Source: Callorhinchus milii
Taxonomy: Eukaryota
Assembly: GCF_018977255.1 (NCBI RefSeq)
Contig: NW_024704743.1
Location: 96,846,001 to 96,910,000, forward strand
Direction: 5' to 3'
Length of the DNA: 64,000 bases
The first letter of the stretch is position 1, and each line of letters opens with the position of its first letter. Positions 1 through 11,100 of the stretch are shown here, piece after piece. Under the pieces are notes generated by a model, which saw only the letters and a program-made list of their open reading frames with translations, had not been told where the DNA came from and did not search any database. The position numbers and the translations under genes were made by a program.

Positions 1-360
1 TTGGGATCAGGAAGGGTGGAGGGCAGTAGTAGGAGGGAGACCAAAAGCACGGTTGAAGAGGAGGGTCTTGAGACAGGTTTTGAAGGAGGCAAGGGAGGGG
101 CAAGGCGGAGGGAAGGTGGGATGGAGTTCTAGAGGGTGGGGGCAAAGAGGCTGAAGGCTCTCCCACCAATGGTGAGGCAGGCAAGGCGGGGGACTTGTTC
201 CAGTAGAGGGCATAGGTACCTTGTCTGCTGAGCGGAGGGAGCAGACAGGTTCAGAGTTAGGAGATCAGAGAGGTAGGAATGAGCAAGGCCATGGAGGGCT
301 TTGAAGATGAAGACCAGGATCTTGAACTGTATCCTCTGAGTGATGGGAAGCCAGTGGAGC
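1..360 (-). mobile_element. L2-clade LINE 3' fragment (older copy)
   Basis: Degenerate LHWLPI-QRIQFKIL and SFKT-LKTLLF coding remnants. Confidence 0.8.
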
Positions 361-364
361 CGAT

Positions 365-1262
365 CAACAACAACAACAACAAGATTCCATTTATAAAGCG
401 CCTTTCACGTCAGGAGGACGTCCCAAGGCGCTGCACAGTTGGGTCATGACCCGAGCAGGGGGGAAATGGTCAGGGTGAGGGGAGGGGAGGGAGCGAGGAG
501 GGGGAAATGGTCAGGGTGAGGGGAGGGATGGGAGGGAGCGAGAAGGGGGAAGAGAGTCGAGAGGGGAGCTGAAGGCTCGGTCAAAGAGAAAGCTTTTGAG
601 ACCGGCCTTGAAGGAGGAGAGGGAGGAAGCAAGGCGAAGGCACTGGGGGATAGAGTTCCAGAGCCTCGGGGCTGAGAGGCTGAAGGCCCGACCACCAATG
701 GTAGGGCGATTGGGGCGGGGGACGTGGAGCAGACCGGAGCCGGAGGAACGGAGGGTACGGGCAGGTAGGTAGGGGGATAGTAGGTTGGAGAGGTAGGAGG
801 GAGCAAGGCCGTGAATGGCCTTGTAGGTGAGGATGAGGATCTTGAAATCAATCCTCTGGGGGATGGGGAGCCAGTGGAGGCGAGCGAGGGTGGGAGTGAT
901 GTGGTCCCGAAGCCTGGTGCGGGACAGTACACGAGCTGCAGAGTTCTGAATGACCTGCAGCTTGTGCAGGGAGGAGTTGGGGAGGCGGACAAGCAGGGAG
1001 TTTGCACAGTTGAGCCTGGATGGGATGAATGCATGGATGAGGGTCATGGAGGCCTGCGATAAGAGATAGTGGCCGGAGCCGGGAATGTTGCAGACGTGGG
1101 GAAAGGCGGAGGGTCATGGCACAGATATGGAGGATGAAGGACAGTTGAGGGTTGAACAAGACACCGAGGTTCCGTATTGGCTATGTGAGGTGCAGAGTGC
1201 ATCCATGAAGAGAGATGCTGTCAGCACCCGAGGTATGGAGGTGCTGACGGGAGCCAAGCAAT
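365..1262 (-). mobile_element. L2-clade LINE 3' fragment with (TTG)n tail; internal ~41-bp duplication at 458-544
   Basis: ORF 511-1047: LIHAFI-SRL--ANSLL, QNSAAR, LHWLPI-QRIDFKIL, APRLWNSIP. Confidence 0.92.
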
Positions 1263-1584
1263 CTTCAGTACTTGAATAAATTGTTAATGAATTGGTCAAA
1301 TTATAATTTTGTGAACTGTTGTGCAATTTAAATGTAGGCAAACTAATATTCATAATTACAATTCTGCTGGTGCTGGTGGTGTAAATAAAATGTCTTGTAA
1401 CTTGAAAATTCTTGGGTATGGTGTTTAGCAAACCATAAAATGTCTATTATTCAAATAACTGTAGCTCCCATTAAGTATGTGGACATTTTTCCTGGTGTAC
1501 AGAATTTAAATAATAATTCAACAAATGCCCTGCAATTGTAATTACTGCAACACAATCCTTCTTTAATTTTGTAAAACTATGTAT

Positions 1585-1892
1585 TGGAGTCTTGTAGCTC
1601 AGTGGTTAGAGCATTCGCTTTGCAAGCAAGAGACCTGGATTCGATTCCTGGCAGGTTGAAATTTGGGTAAGTTTCCTTACTCCACATGCCTAATAATAAT
1701 CCCGCCAAAGAAAATAATAATAAATGGGTCATTTCAATCCACGACTTTTGTGGGACACTGCTGTGCACAATTGGCTGCCGCATTTCGCCCACAAATATAC
1801 AGTCAATTCACCTTAGTCTGTTTTGTGAAGCGCTTTGAGACGTCTAGAAGACGTGAAAAGCGCTACATCAAATGCAAGGATTGTTATTATTA
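1585..1892 (+). mobile_element. tRNA-head SINE with L2-like 3' tail
   Basis: A box (tagctcagtgg) and B box (ggattcgattcc); body shared with many copies; (TAT)n end. Confidence 0.85.
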
Positions 1893-1925
1893 AAAGCAAA
1901 TCTTGATTGACAGGAAGGTCAAAAC

Positions 1926-1936
1926 TTTATTTTATT
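1926..1936 (-). terminator. UQCRB polyadenylation signal(s)
   Basis: Two overlapping AATAAA on the minus strand (tttattttatt), about 210 nt past the stop. Confidence 0.7.
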
Positions 1937-2145
1937 TAAGCTATACATAATTACATGCAACAGGAAATAATGATAGAACAAATGTATTTTAATTTGTAGA
2001 AGCAATCCATTACATCAACCAGTTTTGCAGTGCACAAGTGTGATTTTTAAATCCAGGCTATCAATAAAAGCCAATTATATATATATTTTTCAATTGACCA
2101 GATATTAACAGGGATTATCAAAAAGACTACCAGCTCCATTCAGTA

Positions 2146-2223
2146 TCACTTGTTATTCCACTCTGCTTTTTCTTTTCGTTCACGGATCACTTCTTTAAGG
2201 TATGGTTCCAGGTAGGGTGAATC
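2146..2223 (-). CDS. UQCRB: UQCRB exon 4, coding part
   Basis: TAG acceptor; [28 protein letters not shown]. Confidence 0.95.
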   Translation of the reverse strand, partial: DSPYLEPYLKEVIRERKEKAEWNNK

Positions 2224-4557
2224 CTATGAAAACAAAATAATGTGATTGTTCATTATAAATGGATAATGAGCAGTATTTTGCAATATTGACAATTCTAATT
2301 GTATACACAATACAATCTGTGTATTTTAATTAGACAAATACAGACCTAATCATCTTTTCATTTTCCTTTCACATTTTATGTACTCATGTTATGTATAATT
2401 TCCACTGATGAAAGCAAATTAAAGGAGTTGGTAGCACAAATCTAGTCCTTGTTTGATTGGCAGTGTGTTTTCATTTTTTTCTTGTTTGAATATTTCACGA
2501 TTTATGGCAAGAAAATGTATTTTGTTGACTAACCATTAAGGTTGGCCACCACTGCTTTAGGAAGACATTACCAGGTGCCTAGGTGCACTGTCCAGTCTCA
2601 GTCAGAGAAGGTTGGATGGCTTAGTGAAAATTAAACGTGGTGGGAAAGGAAAAGTCGGCATAACATTTTGGTCAACTTAGATCACAATTATGGAAATGTG
2701 CACCACTTGCCTCCTCATATTTTGTCCAATTATCTTTTGGAAGGATTTGTTGCTTCATACTTAAGTCCAAAGCTCTTTTTATGCGAAAGTTTCGTTCATG
2801 GTAAAGCTTTTCAGGCAACCTTTTTAAAGCCTCTTTCACATCATCATCTTCATACATTGTGTCATCTCGCTGCAGTCCTGCAAATAATAGTTTAAGGCAG
2901 TTATTACACAAGTGGCACATTCAAACAACTACAAAACTAAGGGTGAATAGCCCATTTTTTAAAAATTCTTTGCTACCAAAGGATTAGCATGCAGGAGAAG
3001 AAAAAACGATAAAAGATAATCAGCAAAACGTGAACCAGCTGGATAAAGAGTAAATATTTTTGGTTGGAAAACTGACATGCAAGACTTGAAAAACGGAAAA
3101 ATACAAATGGTAAACTAAAAATGCTCTGAATCAAACAAAGGGAGAAGAACAGTACAACACACAAGACCAGAAAACATTCAATACCACACAGAGTGAGAGA
3201 AAAATTGAAGGGAGAGTCAACCAAATAAGTGTGCATCTCCTCATAACAACTCACAATGGGCAGATGAAAAAACGTTGTCTGTTAGATGACTGTGAAGAAA
3301 ATACCTATAACTTACCAAGTTTGTTGAACCCAGCAGCATTGTAGTACCACTTTCGAAAGCCACTCAACACACGTCCTGAGGCCCTGACTAGAATAGAAAG
3401 AAAAACAGAAATCATGTCACTATCCAACATGACAAAGTCACAGATCTACCTTTGGCAATATTTTCTTTTGAGTTTCAACATCATTACATAGTTGACTGCT
3501 TGTCATCCACTGAAGGAATATCATCTAGATTAGTAATGGGCAGTTTTATCCAATACAAGACAAGAAAGATGAAAGGATTGGGGATATGGGTGATATTTCT
3601 AACCATTTGCTGACAAGCTTGTTATTGTTTCTGGTCCAGAAGAAATAAACATTAATAAGGCCCAAAATATAATGATAATCCCTATATGTATTTGATAATA
3701 ATAAATTTGCATTTGATATAGCGCCCTATCACATCATTGAGAGGTCTCAAAGCAATTCACAACATAGACTGTAAAGTGAATTGACTGTATATTTTGTACG
3801 GGAATGGAAACTTCTTTCACGTCAGTTGTTTTGAGAGATACAATTGGGGTATAATGCCAAATTCTGTCCAGCCTGTTCATAAAACCAAGAGTCCACTAAC
3901 ATACTGACTTGTGAGTTTCACTTTATTTCATTTGGCTGCAAAGGATTTTATTGACAAACCTCATAGCTGACCAACACCAAGTGATACCACATATTGTGTG
4001 CAAATTGGCTGCTGCTTTCGCCCACAAACACAGTTACTCCATTTCACGGTAAAGCTCTGGGACGTTGTCCCGACCTTTAAGGATAACGCACTGCTGTACC
4101 GGGTGGAGTTGGCAGCACTCACTCGGCGCTTCAGTGAGTGCACTGCGAGGCCGCAGAGCCTCCGACACTCAGGCCTGGAAGGTCAGAGCTCGGCCTGCGC
4201 TGACCTGGAGGCTCGGCACTGCTCTCAGTTGTGTCTCGGCAGCTCTGGGGGGGGGGAGAGGGGGAGAAGCAGTCGGGCTCCTGCTCACTGCCACCGCCCG
4301 GGCATCGCCCTCCCGTCCCCCCAGTAACCGCCTCCCCGCGGCCTCCCCGCCCCTCAGTGCCCGGAGCCTCTCGTCCTCTTCAAGGACACGGGGAGTGGCG
4401 GTGTCTGTGCCGGGCGGTGGGGTCCAGTGTGAGGTGTCGGCACAGGGAGGGAGGGATGCACACAGTGTGAGGTGTGTGTGGTGTGGACTACCCTGTCCAG
4501 TCCTCGCTGCCCCTCACTCTCCGGCCGCTCGCACTGACCTGGAGCTCCCGCCGCCAT
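2146..4557 (-). CDS. UQCRB: Cytochrome b-c1 complex subunit 7 (ubiquinol-cytochrome c reductase binding protein), 111 aa; join(4539-4557,3316-3387,2711-2877,2146-2223)
   Basis: Spliced translation [111 protein letters not shown]. Exons 19+72+167+78=336 nt with consistent phases. Hallmark motifs [17 protein letters not shown] and YLEPYLKEV. Confidence 0.97.
2711..2877 (-). CDS. UQCRB: UQCRB exon 3 (followed by GC donor)
   Basis: CAG acceptor; LQRDDTMYE...WTKYEE; donor GAG|GCAAGT. Confidence 0.93.
3316..3387 (-). CDS. UQCRB: UQCRB exon 2
   Basis: TAG acceptor, G|GTAAGT donor; encodes [15 protein letters not shown]. Confidence 0.95.
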
Positions 4558-4700
4558 CTTGTCCCAGAATGCAGCGAGACCACAGCGCGCATGCGCCCCC
4601 ACTCACGCCGGTGGGGCCCCGCCCCTGACGTCAGGAAGGGGCGGGGCTGTCGGAGGGAGCTGTCAATCAGCGCGGGAGCAGGTCACCACCGGTCAGTCAC
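4080..4700 (-). promoter_or_regulatory. UQCRB CpG-island promoter with NRF-1, CRE, GC-box and YY1 motifs
   Basis: GCGCATGCGC 4587-4596; TGACGTCA 4626-4633 flanked by GC boxes at 4617-4625 and 4638-4646; AAGATGGCGG (minus) 4551-4560 over the ATG; high CpG density. Confidence 0.8.
4539..4557 (-). CDS. UQCRB: UQCRB coding exon 1 (MAAGAP, phase 1)
   Basis: AAGATGGCGG start context; donor CAG|GTCAGT. Confidence 0.9.
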
Positions 4701-4724
4701 CTCCAGCAGCAAAGTGGCCACAGT

Positions 4725-5010
4725 ATAATAATAATAATAATCCTTGTATTTGTTATAGCGCTTTTCACGTCTTCTGGACGTCTCAAAGCGCTTCACAGAA
4801 TACACTGTAAAGTGAATTGACTGTATATTTGTGGGTGAAACGCAGCAGCCAATTGTGCACAGCGGTGTCCCACAAATGGTCGTGGATTGAAGTGACCAAA
4901 TTACAATTGTTTTTTTGAAGGATTATTGTTCTCGAAAAAGCGATCTGTCAATCGACTAACAACCGCATTCCTCTAGGTAAACAGAGGCGTGTGGAGTAAG
5001 GAAACTTGCC
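4725..5010 (-). mobile_element. SINE, same family, head truncated
   Basis: Reverse-complement match to the body and tail of 1585-1892. Confidence 0.85.
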
Positions 5011-5892
5011 CAAGTTGTTGTGTTTTGCCACCTCCCCTTCCCCTCCCCTCTCCCCCCCTGACCCCAGCTCGGGTCTGAAATGCTGTACACTTGGGACGTC
5101 CTCCCGACATGAAAGGTGCTATACAAATGTAATCTTGTTGTTGTACATAAAACACGGCTTTGGGCGGGTACACACCCCACCCCTTTGAAAACCTTTTGTT
5201 ACACAGTTTCAAAAGCACTGACCTAAATTGGCCACTCTCCTCCCCATTGGAGGCAACACATAATATTGGGTTATTTTGGGGCTAGTATTTGGTGAATTTT
5301 GGGCTACGAATGTATTTTAATTCCTGGCAACCCTGGATACCAAAGCTCAGTCCGGCCATTAGACCTTCGCTGATACTACTACTCCTCTGTTCATACCCCT
5401 GTCAACATTCCAGTGTCCATCCCGCTAACATGTCCCTCTTTCAAACCTTCAAAACCTATCTTAAATCCTACGACGACAGTAATGCTAACACCTTCTTTCT
5501 CTTTCCAATAACGATCAACTTGCTTGAATATTCCGTATTTTCTTTCATTAAAGGATAGTTTCAAATAATTCTTGGAGAATTTAAACGAAAGGAAATTCAA
5601 GGAGCTGATGAAGACAAAACAGATCACAAAATAGGGAAGCCTATAGTCTCACCAAATGAATGGGGAATAGTCCCCAAATACAATGGTAGTGGAGTAAAGT
5701 TATGCAAATTTTCAATGTCTAAATTGCAATCAGCTAAAAGTGTCACCTGGTATCTGCACCAGATTAGAAATAGCTACTGCACTAACGGACTCTGAAATAT
5801 TAATTTGCTTCGCACCATTGTTCAACACAGGAATAATAAAAAAATTACATTGTATAGCGCCTTTCACGTAGGGAGGATGTCCCAAGGAGCTG

Positions 5893-6259
5893 AATAATAA
5901 TAATCCTTAGCATTTGATATAGTGCCTTATCACGTTTTCTAGTCGTCTCAAAGCCCTTCACAAAATATACTGAAAAGTAAATTGACTGTATATTTTGTGG
6001 GAGAAACACAGCAGCTAATTGCACACAGCAGTGTCCCACAGTCGGGAAGTGAGTGACCCAAATTATTTTTATTTATATTGAAGGAATTATTACCCCGGAA
6101 AAGCGATCTGCCAATTGTCCAGCAACTGGGTTCCTACTTACTGCGAGGTAAACGGAGGCGTGTGTAGTAAGGAAACTTGCCAAACATTTCACCCTGCTGG
6201 GAATCGAACCCAGGCCCTCTCGCTTGTGAGGCAAGTGCTCTAACCACTAAGCTACAGGA
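5893..6259 (-). mobile_element. Near full-length tRNA-head SINE
   Basis: Minus-strand head tcctgtagcttagtggttagagc...gggttcgattccc plus shared body and tail. Confidence 0.88.
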
Positions 6260-7939
6260 ATGATAAATCACAGAACATGCTTCAGAATTCCTCAATTTCT
6301 TTATGCTCTGGACTCAATGAACTGCACTTAGTTATATAGTCCAAACACAAAGACACATACTGCTCCTAAATGGAAAAAGCTATCTTTCCATTCATCTTTA
6401 ACCCACATTAAGTATAACCATTATTGTCGCTACGTGTTCTGGCTGCTAGCTGCAGTTTATATGTTGTATAAAAACTCCACTTCATTTACTTTTAAATTAA
6501 TGAAACTCAAGTCACTAGCACCTGAGAATAGTTTCACACTATTTTAGGAGAGTTCATTCTTCTAGCTGATATATTTAAAACCGTACCAAAGCACGTTTGT
6601 GGATTGCAGCCATAGCCTTAAAACTAATTTGATCAGATGCAAGATAAAGTGACGTATCTCATTCATGCACATTAATCCACTGAACAAGAAGAATTTATTC
6701 AGTTCTGATTCATGTTTACACGTGAGTTGTTAACCTGTCTTTCTTTTTCTGTTTCCAGCAAATGCTTAAATTGATCACTGGAAGCAGGAATTCTTACCAT
6801 TCAGCTCCTACAGACCAAAGCCCTAACAGGTAGGGTGGACAAGCAGCAGGAAGCTCTCGGTGGCAAGCTATGTGGTTTTAGCTGGTTAAACTTCATTTGT
6901 TAGACATCCAGCACACTAAAACAAATATCCCATACTGAATGATTTCTGTGTTTCCAGCATTTTCTGATACTGATTGATCGCTGTTTACAGCAATTTCTGA
7001 TTCAGTAATAATAACTTACATTTGAAATAATGCATTTCACATCAAGCGGACACCTCAACTTGCTTCACAGCCTACACTGTAAAGCACAGTGACTGTGTAT
7101 TTTACAGCTGAATGGTCACCTATCCCCTCTGATTGATCACTATCTTTACAGCAATTTTATTTCAAAATGTCTAACATTTTCATTCCCTTTTATCTCAATT
7201 TGAATAATGTTGGAATATTCCTTTGAAATCAGGATCAGATCTGGCATGGTGGCACTGAATATGTAGTCAGAATGGTAAGCTGCAGGCTTGAAGTTACTAT
7301 TCCCCATATAGCAAGTGCCTAGTCTGCGTGATGCCATAGATTGAGCTAAACAAAGCTCAAGTGATTCCAAATGGCAAGAGAGGGAAGAATGCGAAAAGCA
7401 AACTTGTGTCTTTCACGCAACTTATGAAGACAGACCTTCTCTGATGTCTGGCCTCTCAGGGATATGATGTATGGAAGAATCTTAAATCAAAGATTTATTT
7501 TTTGAAAATCCTTGGTGTTGTAAACTTTCTATGGAACTTTCTAGTGATGGAAGTAGAAAGCTGTTTCATGTCTTTGTGTAATGCCTCTTAATAGTGAATT
7601 ATTTTCACCTCCTTTCTGCTAACAAGCGATAGATTGAAGGCCTGCCAAGCCAAAGGGTAATGCTCTCTGCTTTCTGACAGCAGTGTTGGATCACAAGTGA
7701 AGTTTTTCTGAGAGTCTCCCAGTGGCCACAGATTCACAGGATTTGCATTCCAAAGTCTGAAATCTCATTCTGGGCAGTCCTCACAATGAACAGCGCACTC
7801 GGAGACTAGGGTTGAAATGCGGACACCAACAATGATATTAGCCCAAATCACGCTGCGTGTAAAAAAAATAAAATGTATTTGTAATTAACTACTTTTTATA
7901 GCTTATCTACATCAACAAACATTGAAACAAGCTTTGTTT

Positions 7940-8134
7940 TTAAAGCGTCTTTTGAAATGCTTCAAAGTCTGGCAGTGTGGCTTTTGCAATCTCAACACAG
8001 AACACCTCATCAGGGGTTGCTACCAGCTTATCAAGGGAAATGTAGTTTGGCTGAACTGGGTCGTATTGGGCACGTCCCAGGTGTTCAAGAAACAGATGTC
8101 TCTCTTTTATTCTCAGAAGCTTTGCATTGAAAAC
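7940..8134 (-). CDS. MTERF3: MTERF3 last exon, coding part
   Basis: 195 nt; [26 protein letters not shown]...FQKTL-TAA. Confidence 0.95.
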   Translation of the reverse strand, partial: VFNAKLLRIKERHLFLEHLGRAQYDPVQPNYISLDKLVATPDEVFCVEIAKATLPDFEAFQKTL

Positions 8135-11100
8135 CTAGAATGGAAAGAAAAATCCTGGTTAAGTGCAGGAAGTCAATCTCCTCATGTGGATGGTTTTACA
8201 ACAAGTTACATTTACATTTAAACGTCCTTTACGAGAAGTAGTTTCTTGGAGAGCTGAATAAACTAATAAATGTTTGATCATTTAGCACCTAAACACCTGC
8301 TTTAGAAAATCATGCTACTGACTAAAATTAATTCGTGATTTCAGGTTCTCAAATAGAATCGGTATTTATCATGTATATTAGCCAATGGTGAAGATTTTAA
8401 GTGTAAGTAAAATATATGTTATTTGGCCAAATTTTCTGATCTTAAAGTGATTTAATACAACATCGTCATGAACATCAATGTGAGTACATTGGATAACTTA
8501 TTATCAAAATAAAGTCTAAGACATGTTTATAAGCAAAATAATTATGCAACTAGTTTAATAGGCTAGTTTAATAAGCCAAAGGGTTTGGGGTTTCATTATA
8601 AGGAGCTGATACAGTTAACATAACAATTAATCTAAGTTTGTTTTAGGATACGATACATTAGTCGTACATTTATAATGCAAAAAACAGCAAATAAATAGTT
8701 ATTACCTGAGGGAATTTTGTTACTAGTAGGTGAGGGATACCCATAATATTGTGCAGATAATCAAACACTACAGTCACTTTTTTCTTGCTAGCGACAAGCA
8801 TTTTGGGCACTTTCATCACCATGTGTTGTAGTTCATTTTCCTGGAACCCAAATTCAATTCGGTAAACCTGGAAAATAACAGAGCTGCCTGAAAGGTTTTC
8901 ACTGACAAAACTGACAATGATCGACTAAGGAAGAACATCAGCCTTAAACATACAGATACTAGACAAAATTCCTCTTGCTGCTATGTGTGTCTATTTGACA
9001 AGATCGGATTATAAAATGTACATCATCAAAACTGCTATGAGTTAACAAGTAGAAATGCACCCATTACTGCACTGTAAATGTAAATGCATCTAAGGGAAGC
9101 TTGGCAGCTTTGTTCCACTTACTTTGAGATTTTCTCTTACAGGTTCCAGGCTACCAGTAAGCAGTGAGGGGAGACGGGTGACCAACTCACGAGTCTAGAA
9201 AAATTGGAAGAAAAAAAAGCACATAAACAATACAAAACTAAATCTATACAGCACCTTTCATGTCAGGAGGACCCACATACTGAGGTGAATATTAATAATA
9301 TTCATATACTGAATATCAATAGAAACTGGACTTGCATTTATTACCAAATGAATTACCCTGTTCCATAGCATCATTCATCCTAAGAACCAGAGTTAGCAGT
9401 TATTTTGGGTGCAACTGTAAGTGGTTTAACATGCCTAACATCAACACTTCCAAAGTGCAACCACTGCAAAAAGGGAAGAAACAACAACTGGCACTTATAT
9501 ACTGCATTTCGTGCAGTGTAGCGTCTCAGAATACTTGGCCAACTCTGAAGATCTCTGATTAGGAAAGAATTGCAAAATGATGAAACAAAACTGATAGATG
9601 CAATCTCAAAGAAGGAACTTCCCAACTACTTAAATATATGGTGCCCTGTAAATAGTCATTTTATGTTCAGGTCCCTTACTAACCTTAACAGCAAATGACC
9701 TGATGATTATTGTCACAACAACAAAATTACATTTGTAAAGTGCCTTTCACATTGGGAGGACATCCCAAGGCATCACAAGGCAGGTTAAGTGACACAGAGA
9801 AGTAATAATAAAACTTGCACTTGAAATAGCACCTTATCAAGTCGCCCAGATGTCTCAAAGTGCTTCACAAGATTTTACTATGAAGTTTAGTGACCGAGTA
9901 TTTATAAGTACACGGAACAGCCAATTTGTGCAATTTTAGTTGTTGGCTACGGTACCGGAGAAACTTCCTTTTCCTTTTGAATAGAGCCAAGGAACTTTAA
10001 TATCCATCTGAACAGGCAGACAAGGTTTAACATCTCACCTGAAGCATGGCACCTCCATCAGAAAATCTTACATCATGCACTGACTAATGAGAACAACGGT
10101 TTCATAGTACTGACCCATTCTACAACAACAACAAGATTCCATTTATAGAGCGCCTTTCACGTCGGGAGGACGTCCCAAGGCGCTAGAGTATTACCTTCTG
10201 CACGTTTAGACCTAGTTCTTTATGGTAGAAGTCAAGCCTGTTGTCCAGTCTTTCCACGCTGAAGTTGAGCAAATAAGGAGCTTTTGACACCATTCTTGCA
10301 ATAGCTTCTTTGTTGAATTTCTTAGACTGCAGGTACGATACCCTGGCCCCAAATAAAGTGAAAACAATACTTTCAGATGTAAACATTTTAACACAAATAT
10401 TCTACCTCTCTGCCTCCAGCCTTGAATCCAGTACTACTCTGTTCTGGTAGACCACCTATCATACATCAACACTTGGACAAACCATAACTTTCTCCAACTT
10501 GGCAGAACTGAATCCTCAAATTCCTTCAAATCTTTCTTCTGGGATCTGACTGAATCTGCTTTCCTCCATTTCCAAAACATAACTTGCCTCCACCACTATT
10601 TCACCTACAAAAGCAGCCAAAACCCAAATGTACACCTCACTTACCTCCACATTTGACTTTTCCAATGGCCTATACCCCAACCTCCTTGGCTACACCCTCC
10701 ACAAGTTCTAGATTATCCAGAACATGATAGCCTGCGTGGTCTCCCAGAGCTCTGGAACCCAAGTCCTTTCCCTACACCAGGCTCTACCAGACTATTACCC
10801 TCGTCCTCACCTGGTTACCAGGCCCACCACGGGCAGGTGGCCTTTCAGCTTTTCCAACCCCACTCCCTGCAACTCTGTCCTGCAGTCCCTTCCACCTGTC
10901 CCCTCTTTCACCTTTTTTAAGGTCCATCTCAAGACCTTTGACTGCGCCTTCTGTCATCTTTCCCCTCCCCCCTCGACTCCTATCACCAGCTCGGGTGCCC
11001 AAGTACTGTTTAGACTTTAGACATCCTCTTGACATGAAAGTTACTACAGTATATAAATGTAAATTTATATTGTATCCTGTAATGCAATTGCATTACACCA

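Noticed and set aside
1585..1655. tRNA-Ala(TGC)-like sequence
   Set aside because: Acceptor stem does not pair well, and it runs directly into a multi-copy SINE body; it is a SINE head, not a tRNA gene
3961..4810. Overlapping ORFs around UQCRB exon 1
   Set aside because: GC-rich island with low stop frequency; no recognisable domains
6970..7164. ~35-bp imperfect direct repeat flanking a SINE tail fragment
   Set aside because: Compatible with an old target-site or local duplication; no further structure
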